Of a DNA stretch of 64,000 nucleotides, positions 29,617 through 36,906 are shown piece by piece. Positions within the stretch are counted from its first letter, which is position 1. The number at the start of each line of letters is the position of its first letter. The position numbers were made by a program, and so were the translations under genes. The notes beneath the pieces were generated by a model, which was not told the origin of the DNA, ran no database searches, and was given only the letters and a program-made list of their open reading frames with translations. The stretch is from Minisyncoccia bacterium (lineage in GTDB: Bacteria > Patescibacteriota > Minisyncoccia > Phycocordibacterales > UBA9973), in the NCBI GenBank assembly GCA_038251535.1, contig JBBSBF010000001.1, positions 2,232 to 66,231 of the forward strand, in the 5' to 3' direction.

Positions 29617-29730
29617 ATGAAAAAGTTTCTCAAAGCAGTAGTTATTATTATAATAATACTTTTAATTGCATCATTGTTTCAAAATACAGGGCCAAACATG
29701 GAAAATCCTAAAATCCATGTACGACCGTAA
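29617..29730 (+). CDS. Small hydrophobic peptide (37 aa), hypothetical
   Basis: MKKFLKAVVIIIIILLIASLFQNTGPNMENPKIHVRP; single TM; driven by the consensus promoter. Confidence 0.35.
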   Translation: MKKFLKAVVIIIIILLIASLFQNTGPNMENPKIHVRP

Positions 29731-29741
29731 ATTTAAAATAA

Positions 29742-30254
29742 TTATTTCTTCTTTAAGCTCTCAATTTCATTTGAGAGTTTTTTTAATGTCTCCTGTATCG
29801 AGATGAGCATGTCGTGCTCTTTCTTTTCTTGTTGTGCTTCTGTAGTGTCGTCTTCTTCTATTTCTTCGATATCTTCCTGGATCTCATCAACGTCTTCTTG
29901 GATTTCGTCCACATCCTTTTGGATCTCATCAACGTCTTTTTCAATCTCTTCCACGTCTTCTTGGATCTCGCCGACGTCTTCGGCGATCTCTTCTATGTCG
30001 GCCGTGTTTTTGTTCACGGACATTTGGATAAATATAGAGAGATAGATCGCCTCGAGCGATACGATCGTTGTCATGACAAGCAGCATTCGATCAAATGGAA
30101 CCCCAAAAATGGGAAGAGAGAATGCCACAACAAAGAGTATCGTGTGCGTCACGAGTGACGCCGTCGATCCGATCCACTTTGTCGCAATATCTGCCCCACG
30201 TTCCAATTTGATGTTACTTCGTTTTGAGAAAGGCATAGGTATATGTTGTAACAC
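29742..30254 (-). CDS. DUF1003-family membrane protein with C-terminal acidic heptad tandem repeats
   Basis: ADIATKWIGSTASLVTHTILFVVAF (DUF1003 N-terminal signature), two TMs, then (E/D)(D/E)V(D/E)EIQ repeated ~8 times. Confidence 0.6.
   Translation of the reverse strand: MLQHIPMPFSKRSNIKLERGADIATKWIGSTASLVTHTILFVVAFSLPIFGVPFDRMLLVMTTIVSLEAIYLSIFIQMSVNKNTADIEEIAEDVGEIQEDVEEIEKDVDEIQKDVDEIQEDVDEIQEDIEEIEEDDTTEAQQEKKEHDMLISIQETLKKLSNEIESLKKK
29850..30000. repeat. 21-bp tandem repeat array inside the DUF1003 gene (encodes EDVDEIQ heptads)
   Basis: atcttc(c/t)tggat(c/t)tc(a/g)tc(a/c)acgtc units reiterated. Confidence 0.7.
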
Positions 30255-30316
30255 AAAACCGAAATATAAAAAAATTTGTAATAAAAAAGACCCCTTTTCC
30301 GAGGGGTCTTACTAGA

Positions 30317-31390
30317 TTAACTTGCCATTTTTTTTTCTTCATCAAAGACAAGTTTTTTTAAATTTTCAAAACCTGGTGCAGTGCTTAATGCGCGGGGTTT
30401 TTTGCTGTACTGAAGAGATCTTAATACAATTGCCATTAGTACATTTGGAGCAATTCTTGTCGGGGTTTTTTCTGGTGAAGATATACTACCATTAAAAATC
30501 CGATTTGCTTCCTTTTGGAAATGCCATTCATCGAGACCAACCATATGTCCTTCTTCCAAAAGTCTTGGATCTCTCGGATTAAACTTCATGTTTTTTATAG
30601 ACATTTCTGTGATGGCTATATCCCGATAAACATAGGCAAGGTTAACAAAAGGGCGTTTAGAAGTTGAGATATACACGTTTCCCCGGGAATTTTGACAAAT
30701 AACCACATTAGCGGATACTCCCTGTGAAGTTTTTGCAATGGTTGTCATCTGTGGATCATCGGTTTGAATAAATGCAACTTTGATTTTAAAGTCTTTGTAT
30801 CGAATTTTTTCCACTATTGCATTCTTTCTGCAATAGTTTGCTGATTCATGGGAAAATTGATCTTGTGAAGCTATAAGCCATTGAAATGGCTCTATGGCAC
30901 GTTGAAGCATATATGTTTGCGCTTCATGACTTGTGCCATGATACAGTTGCCCCCTCCTTATGTGAGAAGAAAAACTCAAGAAATCATCTTCGCTTTTCCT
31001 GTCGCTTTTGACCAAGCCATTTAACATTTTTTCGATACCATTTCCTTTGAGTTTTAATGCTCGCGCAACTAATGTTGTTGAACACTCAAATTGTCGTATT
31101 TCTTCTGGAAGGTAGTGTTCGTCGTATGGGCTGTCCATAGTGCCAACAAATATTACTCCTTTGTCTTCCCATTGCTCCCAGTTCAATCCCTCGTAAATAG
31201 TAATACCTGCCGGTACAAAGAGGAATTTTTTTTGTTCGATCGCGTTAGTAATGCCGGGATGAATTTCATCACCATAAAAGCTCAATTCTGCATAACTCGC
31301 TGCCTCTTCGTCGTGGAAGTTTATGTGCGTACCAACAGTGTGGCACTCCTTGCCGGGCGTATAGCTCCGGAATTGAAAATTTTGATTCAT
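30317..31390 (-). CDS. Hypothetical protein (357 aa)
   Basis: Intact ORF; no recognisable motif. Confidence 0.4.
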   Translation of the reverse strand: MNQNFQFRSYTPGKECHTVGTHINFHDEEAASYAELSFYGDEIHPGITNAIEQKKFLFVPAGITIYEGLNWEQWEDKGVIFVGTMDSPYDEHYLPEEIRQFECSTTLVARALKLKGNGIEKMLNGLVKSDRKSEDDFLSFSSHIRRGQLYHGTSHEAQTYMLQRAIEPFQWLIASQDQFSHESANYCRKNAIVEKIRYKDFKIKVAFIQTDDPQMTTIAKTSQGVSANVVICQNSRGNVYISTSKRPFVNLAYVYRDIAITEMSIKNMKFNPRDPRLLEEGHMVGLDEWHFQKEANRIFNGSISSPEKTPTRIAPNVLMAIVLRSLQYSKKPRALSTAPGFENLKKLVFDEEKKMAS

Positions 31391-31505
31391 TTGTAAAGAA
31401 TTTATTTGGTTAAGAAATATTTTTACTTATTATAGCATATTGTAATCAAAAGTCAATGTATTGAGGATTGCCTAAAAATGACCTATCTGCTATAGTTTTG
31501 CCACT

Positions 31506-31664
31506 ATGTCACAAGATAACCTCATCAAATTGACCAATAAAGAAACAGGGGAAACCTATTGGAGTACTAAAAACCGCAAAAAGCTTGCCGGTATCAAAAT
31601 CGAGTCAAACAAGTATTCGAAAAAACTTCGCAAAGTTGTGAAGTTTAAAGAGTCAAAGAAATAA
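31506..31664 (+). CDS. rpmG: 50S ribosomal protein bL33
   Basis: MSQDNLIKLTNKETGETYWSTKNRKKLAGIKIESNKYSKKLRKVVKFKESKK (52 aa) matches the bL33 pattern (TKN-K/R...KLE...KY...RK.V.FKE.K). Absent from the ORF track because it is <60 aa. Confidence 0.75.
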   Translation: MSQDNLIKLTNKETGETYWSTKNRKKLAGIKIESNKYSKKLRKVVKFKESKK

Positions 31665-31673
31665 ATAGTAGAT

Positions 31674-31702
31674 AAAATACCTTCCGATCGGAAGGTATTT
31701 TA
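31674..31702. terminator. Hairpin terminator between rpmG and tRNA-Trp
   Basis: aaaatacc-ttccgatcggaa-ggtatttt. Confidence 0.7.
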
Positions 31703-31705
31703 TTG

Positions 31706-31776
31706 CGGGCGATAAGGGAATCGAACCCCTACCAAAGGTTTTGGAGACCTTCGTTCTACCACTAAACTAATCGCCC
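31706..31776 (-). tRNA. tRNA-Trp (anticodon CCA)
   Basis: Reverse complement gggcgat...aaggt-ctCCAaa-acctt...ggggTTCGATTcc...atcgccc-g; 71 nt. Confidence 0.85.
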
Positions 31777-31813
31777 AGAACTTTAATACTATATCAAAAT
31801 AGGCGCAATCGAG

Positions 31814-32686
31814 CTATTTCCCATATTTCTTAAACCACGTACGCTGACGTTTGGCATAGTTCCAGATTTCTTTTTCTAGTTTCTCAAGCATATCTGATTT
31901 GGAAAGTTTATCCTGAGCTGTGTCGAAGGGTTTATCCTGAGCTGTGTCGAAGGGTTTATTCTGTAAGTACTGCGCGATGTATCGGTACTCAAGTCCCAAC
32001 GCTTCGAGGCGTTTCCATGAGACTCCACTGTCATGAAGTCTCTGTACTTCGCGTACCATACCCGACTTCATTCGTTTGAACAGTCGATCGTGAATGCGTT
32101 GCTTCAACACGTCGTCAGGGAAGTCGAGGTAGTGCCACTCGACGACGTACTTTGAGATACGGGTGACTTTTGGTACAGAGCCGAGAGATTTGGCTATCTC
32201 GATTGCACGAATCAGTCTGACTTTGTTTTTGGTATCGATAGTTTCAAATCGTTTTGGATCGAGTACTCCGAGTTGTTGAGCCAGCTGCTCTGTCGAAAAC
32301 TTCTCAAGCTTTTTGCGTAGTGCAGTGTTTGGTTTAACGACCGGGAAATTTTGTCCGTATACGACGCTATCGATATAGAACCCAGTCCCGCCGCATATGA
32401 TCGGTACCTTGTTGCGCTTCAAGATATCTCTGATCGCCTTGTCGGCAAGCGTTTGGTACTGTGTTACTGAACATGTGCGTTTGGGACTTACGACGTCCAG
32501 GAGGTGATGCCGAACACCACGCATTTCTTTCTTTGTAATTTTTCCACTTCCAATATCGAGCCCACGGTAGACTTGGCGGGAATCAGCAGAAACAATCTCG
32601 CCACCAATTTGTTTTGCTCGCGTTACTGCATAGTCGGACTTACCAGTAGCAGTTGGACCGCAGATGACGATAATTTTTTCTTTCAT
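31814..32686 (-). CDS. miaA: tRNA dimethylallyltransferase MiaA
   Basis: P-loop IIVICGPTATGKSDYAV; start at MKEKIIV; the longer ORF to 32839 would overlap tRNA-Leu. Contains an in-frame 24-bp tandem duplication. Confidence 0.85.
   Translation of the reverse strand: MKEKIIVICGPTATGKSDYAVTRAKQIGGEIVSADSRQVYRGLDIGSGKITKKEMRGVRHHLLDVVSPKRTCSVTQYQTLADKAIRDILKRNKVPIICGGTGFYIDSVVYGQNFPVVKPNTALRKKLEKFSTEQLAQQLGVLDPKRFETIDTKNKVRLIRAIEIAKSLGSVPKVTRISKYVVEWHYLDFPDDVLKQRIHDRLFKRMKSGMVREVQRLHDSGVSWKRLEALGLEYRYIAQYLQNKPFDTAQDKPFDTAQDKLSKSDMLEKLEKEIWNYAKRQRTWFKKYGK
31906..31953. repeat. 24-bp perfect tandem duplication inside miaA (encodes KPFDTAQD twice)
   Basis: tttatcctgagctgtgtcgaaggg x2. Confidence 0.8.
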
Positions 32687-32688
32687 TG

Positions 32689-32771
32689 TGCCGGAGAGAG
32701 GACTTGAACCTCCACACCCTTGCGAGTATTCGATTTTGAGTCGAACGCGTCTACCATTCCGCCACACCGGC
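32689..32771 (-). tRNA. tRNA-Leu (anticodon CAA), long variable arm
   Basis: Reverse complement gccggtg-tggcggaatggtag...tcga-ctCAAaa-tcga...ggaggTTCAAGTcctct-ctccggc-a; 83 nt. Confidence 0.8.
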
Positions 32772-32942
32772 AATGTACAAAATATACTGCGTATTTTGTA
32801 TCCCTTTCGGGACCATTGCCGGTGTGTCGGCCACATCATTCCATTCTGATATAAAGCAAAGCAGTTTGCTTTATATCCACACCTGCAATTTCCTTATTCT
32901 ACAGTGCATTTTGGGGATTGCAAGAAAGAGTTTTGGGGATAC

Positions 32943-32970
32943 TTGACATATATTTTGTATAGTGTATACT
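32943..32970 (+). promoter_or_regulatory. Candidate sigma-70 promoter (TTGACA-16 nt-TATACT) with no protein gene downstream
   Basis: ttgaca tatattttgtatagtg tatact; the next plus-strand CDS is 350 nt away. Confidence 0.35.
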
Positions 32971-33251
32971 ATAGTTGAGTAAATAATAATTGTTCATCAA
33001 AAAAATCAAAAGTATGACACGACGGCAAAGGTTAAATTTAACAAAAAAAGTTGAATGTTTACAAAGCGCGGGCCGCTTGAAAGCCCAACTCATAGTAATC
33101 GCGTAAGCTGCCGGCCAGGTTAAAAGAATTGCCCATGCAAAAAAAGTATCAAACCGTGCGTGTAGAAGGCACGCAAATTAAATTACATTTTAGTAATACA
33201 TAGGATATTAATGCAGATGTGTCTGCAGCATGCACCCCGCATGCTATCACA

Positions 33252-33287
33252 ATCCCTCCAATAGATTTTGGAGGGATTATTTTTTTT
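33252..33287 (+). terminator. Rho-independent terminator
   Basis: atccctccaa-tagatttt-ggagggat + tttttttt. Confidence 0.65.
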
Positions 33288-33317
33288 ACCTATTTATTTT
33301 TATGCTATTATATCTCC

Positions 33318-34364
33318 ATGTCTGAACTCTATACCAACTCCATTTTCTTCATCGACACCGACAAGATATTGCCCAACCCATTTCAACCTCGTCGTGAGTT
33401 TGAAGAAGGCCCACTCAAAGATCTCGCAGAGTCTATCCGTCAGTACGGCGTGCTTCAGCCACTCGTCGTTTCTCGTATTGAAAAAGAAACGGGAGATGGG
33501 GGACTGATCACTGAGTACGAACTTATCGCCGGAGAGCGTCGACTTCGCGCATCTCGTCTTGCAGGACTTTCACAGGTACCTGCCATCATTCGAGTGGGAG
33601 ATGACTCCATGATGAAGCTCGAGATCGCCATCATAGAAAACTTGCAGCGAGAAGACCTCAACGCAGTTGAGCGTGCACGAGCGTTTGAACGTCTTGTCAG
33701 CGAGTTTAAGTTCACTCATACACAGATCGGTCAAAAGATGGGAAAAAGTCGTGAATATGTTTCCAACTCAATCCGTCTTTTGGCACTCCCGCAAGAGTTT
33801 CTCGACGCGCTCTCAGCTGGCAAAATCAACGAAGGTCATACTCGGCCGCTCATGATGCTCTCGACTCGCCCCGAAGAACAAATGACGTTATTCAAAGAAA
33901 TCATGATGCGCAAGATCAGCGTTCGCGAAGCAGAGCGTATCGCTCGCCGGATTGCCGTCGACAAAGTGCGCAAAAAAGAATTGCTTCCAAGTACTGAGCT
34001 CATGGAGATCGAACAAAAACTCCAAGAATCGTTGGGTACCCGTGTCCACATCGAACCGCGTGAAGTAGGAGGGAAAATCACGATTGATTATTTCTCTCCG
34101 GAAGATCTCGATACGATCATTTCTGTACTCGGTACGCACGAACATGCGCACAAAGGCCCACTCGAAACCCTCAAAAATCTTTTTATAAAAAAGGACGAAG
34201 AAACCACAACGCCAGTATCGGCTGAACTTGAGCCAGCTACACTTCTATCAGTCCAAGAAGCCAAAGAAGAAGTCGCACTCTTGGATGATCGAGACAAAGC
34301 AGAGGCAGTACAAGCCGAAGAAGACGTTGATGACCTCTACAATGTCAAAAACTTCAGTCTTTAG
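33318..34364 (+). CDS. parB: Chromosome partitioning protein ParB/Spo0J
   Basis: ParB box LIAGERRLRASRLAGL; HTH region; start at MSELYTNSIFFIDTDKILPNPFQPRREF. Confidence 0.85.
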   Translation: MSELYTNSIFFIDTDKILPNPFQPRREFEEGPLKDLAESIRQYGVLQPLVVSRIEKETGDGGLITEYELIAGERRLRASRLAGLSQVPAIIRVGDDSMMKLEIAIIENLQREDLNAVERARAFERLVSEFKFTHTQIGQKMGKSREYVSNSIRLLALPQEFLDALSAGKINEGHTRPLMMLSTRPEEQMTLFKEIMMRKISVREAERIARRIAVDKVRKKELLPSTELMEIEQKLQESLGTRVHIEPREVGGKITIDYFSPEDLDTIISVLGTHEHAHKGPLETLKNLFIKKDEETTTPVSAELEPATLLSVQEAKEEVALLDDRDKAEAVQAEEDVDDLYNVKNFSL

Positions 34365-34372
34365 GATATAAA

Positions 34373-34400
34373 TTGACAACACTAGATTTTTGCGTATAGT
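34373..34400 (+). promoter_or_regulatory. Sigma-70 promoter (TTGACA-16 nt-TATAGT)
   Basis: ttgaca acactagatttttgcg tatagt, 40 nt upstream of the 34441 ORF. Confidence 0.5.
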
Positions 34401-34440
34401 AGATTTATAACACAACATTGTTCATTTTAAACGAATTGCT

Positions 34441-34848
34441 ATGAAAGTATTCATTTTCCTGATTCTTATGTTTGCATTTCTACAAGATAATGCGCAATAT
34501 AATCGACAGAATAGGCGAGGATATTTAAACAATACTAGACCTCGTAACTACCGTGTAAACAATACGTATTCTTACGGCCTGAGAAATAGTAATAACCTAT
34601 ACAGTAATGGATATTACAATCAATATCTGCCTGTAGTACGACCTGTGTATTCAGATAATAATTTATACAGTAACGGTTTTTATAATCAATACCCAAGGAT
34701 ATATCGAGCACCTCGCTGTATCGGATATCGATCCTATTATGGCCAGCGGAGAAATATATTTAACCAACTGGTTTCGATATTATTACGGGAACCTATTTAC
34801 GAAACAGTGCCGTACGAACAACCATATTATTTTACCAACGGTTATTAA
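34441..34848 (+). CDS. Small secreted Tyr/Asn-rich repeat protein
   Basis: Signal peptide MKVFIFLILMFAFLQ; repeats NLYSNG(Y/F)YNQY(L)P; 135 aa. Confidence 0.5.
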   Translation: MKVFIFLILMFAFLQDNAQYNRQNRRGYLNNTRPRNYRVNNTYSYGLRNSNNLYSNGYYNQYLPVVRPVYSDNNLYSNGFYNQYPRIYRAPRCIGYRSYYGQRRNIFNQLVSILLREPIYETVPYEQPYYFTNGY

Positions 34849-34884
34849 ATAGTTACAAAGTAAGCACCTCTATGGGGTGCTTTT

Positions 34885-36351
34885 TTATTTTTTACTACTA
34901 AAAAATTTATCGATCAATCCTCCGTGTTCGGCTATATAACTACGAATCCTACGTTTTGCAAAGCTTGTCTTTGTGTACTCGAGCCATTTGCTCGATGGAT
35001 GAGTATGTTTACTCGTCTGGATTTCAACGATGTCCCCGTTGTGGAGCACTGTCTTTAGTGGAGCCATCTTGCTGTTGACCCGTGCAGACGAAACAGCATC
35101 TCCGATGTCAGAGTGTATGGCGTAGGCAAAGTCGATCGGGGTGGCTTCTTCGGGGAGATCGATGACGTCGCCTTTAGGGGTGAAGACAAAGATGCGCGCC
35201 TTGAACAGATCCATGTGGAGCTGTTGGAGGAACTTACTCGGACTTCCCGGGATATCACCGACATCTTTGAGACTATCGATCCACGCCAGATGGTTGTGAG
35301 TTGAAGGTACTTTCTTTTTTGAAGTATCTAGTTCTTTGTATACGAGATGCGACGTGATTCCCATCTCTGCTTCGTGATGCATGTCGATAGTTCTGATCTG
35401 TACTTCGATAATGCCGAGTTCGGTGACGACGGTTGTGTGAAGCGATTGATAGCCGTTTGGTTTGGACAGCGCGATGAAGTCCTTGATACGTTTTGGGATA
35501 GGTTTCCACAGCATATGGATGAGTCCGAGCACTTGGTAACAGTCGGTGACCGAGTTGGTAATGACGCGCAACGCGACAATGTCGTAGACGAGTTCAGTAT
35601 TCATATTGTACTTGATCAATTTTTTGTACGTTGAGTACGTTGCCTTTACTCTCGACAATATCTGACTAGAAATAGAAAATGTCGCAAGTGTTTCGGTAAT
35701 CTTTTTGTGTGCAAAGTCTGCAACTTTTTGTGCCTCTGGCACGATGTCTTCCATAATCTTTTTTGTTGCCACGTATTCCTTGGGGAATGCAAATGGAAAT
35801 GCAAAATCCTCAAGCATGTTTTTGAGCTTTTCCATACCGAGACGCCCTGCAAGTGCGGCGTGTACTTCGATGGTTTCAAGCGCGATACGTTTTTGTTTTT
35901 CGGGTGGGACGTGTTGGAGAGTAGAGACGTTGTGAAGACGATCGGCGAGTTTGATGATGAGCACGCGCAAGTCTTCGGCCATCGCCATGAAAAATTTGCG
36001 TAGGCTCTCGACGTGCCGTTCTGCGCCATGGTATTTGAGATGTCCGAGCTTCGTTACTCCTTTGACGAGGAAAAGTATGTCATCTCCAAATGCCTCACGC
36101 ATCTCTTCTTCGCTCGTATCCGTATCTTCGAGTACGTCGTGCAAAAGCGCACCGATGATAGTCTCAGTGTCCATGTTGAGTCGTGCGCAGTTTTCTGCGA
36201 CTGCAAGCGCGTGGGTGAAGTAGGGCTCGCCGCTATTTCTTTTCTGCGATGCATGTTTTTCTTTAGCAAACTCAAACGCTTTTTCAATGAGTGCCTTGTC
36301 AGCATCCGTCAGCGGATGAGTGATAAGCGAAAAAAGGGAATCGGGATTCAT
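34885..36351 (-). CDS. Bifunctional (p)ppGpp synthetase/hydrolase, RelA/SpoT homolog (no ACT domain)
   Basis: HD domain HDVLEDT; RelA_SpoT synthetase domain; TGS domain near the C-terminus. Confidence 0.85.
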   Translation of the reverse strand: MNPDSLFSLITHPLTDADKALIEKAFEFAKEKHASQKRNSGEPYFTHALAVAENCARLNMDTETIIGALLHDVLEDTDTSEEEMREAFGDDILFLVKGVTKLGHLKYHGAERHVESLRKFFMAMAEDLRVLIIKLADRLHNVSTLQHVPPEKQKRIALETIEVHAALAGRLGMEKLKNMLEDFAFPFAFPKEYVATKKIMEDIVPEAQKVADFAHKKITETLATFSISSQILSRVKATYSTYKKLIKYNMNTELVYDIVALRVITNSVTDCYQVLGLIHMLWKPIPKRIKDFIALSKPNGYQSLHTTVVTELGIIEVQIRTIDMHHEAEMGITSHLVYKELDTSKKKVPSTHNHLAWIDSLKDVGDIPGSPSKFLQQLHMDLFKARIFVFTPKGDVIDLPEEATPIDFAYAIHSDIGDAVSSARVNSKMAPLKTVLHNGDIVEIQTSKHTHPSSKWLEYTKTSFAKRRIRSYIAEHGGLIDKFFSSKK

Positions 36352-36436
36352 CTACTAATAATACCTTAATTTTTAGGGAAAGTATGAAATATTGACATCA
36401 GAAAAATAAAATGTAATATCAAAAAAAAATAGTATC

Positions 36437-36859
36437 ATGATAAATCAAATAAATGCAAAACAACTCTTTTTGCTTTGTGCATTAAGGCACAAGTCAGTTC
36501 GAGCAAAAAACCTTGAGGTGTATAGTTGGACTATACGTCATAGCCATGAACATATCGAAAGAGCTAATAAAGCACTTGAAGATAAATCGAGAACGTATAA
36601 AGAAGTAATGGCTACTATCAAAGAAGAAATAAAAGATAAATTTCCAGTTCATGAATCCCGCTTCAGAAATTTTATTGTTTACGATGGACAGATGGGATGC
36701 GATCTGACAGATCAGGATGAAGATATGGCTTGGTATTCAAACTGTAGCCATGGTTGGGATTATAGTGGCATGTTCGAAATTGAGCAGTCACTTTCAAGAA
36801 GAGAACAAGATTTCCTTTTTTCTTTTCTTGAAATAAGTAGACCAAAAGTATTTATTTAG
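36437..36859 (+). CDS. Hypothetical protein (140 aa)
   Basis: Intact ORF with upstream TTGACA-N16-TAATAT promoter at ~36393. Confidence 0.4.
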   Translation: MINQINAKQLFLLCALRHKSVRAKNLEVYSWTIRHSHEHIERANKALEDKSRTYKEVMATIKEEIKDKFPVHESRFRNFIVYDGQMGCDLTDQDEDMAWYSNCSHGWDYSGMFEIEQSLSRREQDFLFSFLEISRPKVFI

Positions 36860-36906
36860 CAAAATTCCAAAATAGGATTATTAGAATTTTTTCTGATAAT
36901 CTTTTT

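Noticed and set aside
32687-32839. Extended N-terminus of MiaA (ORF 31814..32839)
   Set aside because: The extension would read through tRNA-Leu(CAA) on the same strand. The conserved P-loop N-terminus begins at MKEKIIVICGPTATGKS (start 32686).
33014-33082. 22-aa ORF MTRRQRLNLTKKVECLQSAGRL between the 32943 promoter and the 33252 terminator
   Set aside because: It is too short and featureless to call. The region is reported instead as a candidate ncRNA.
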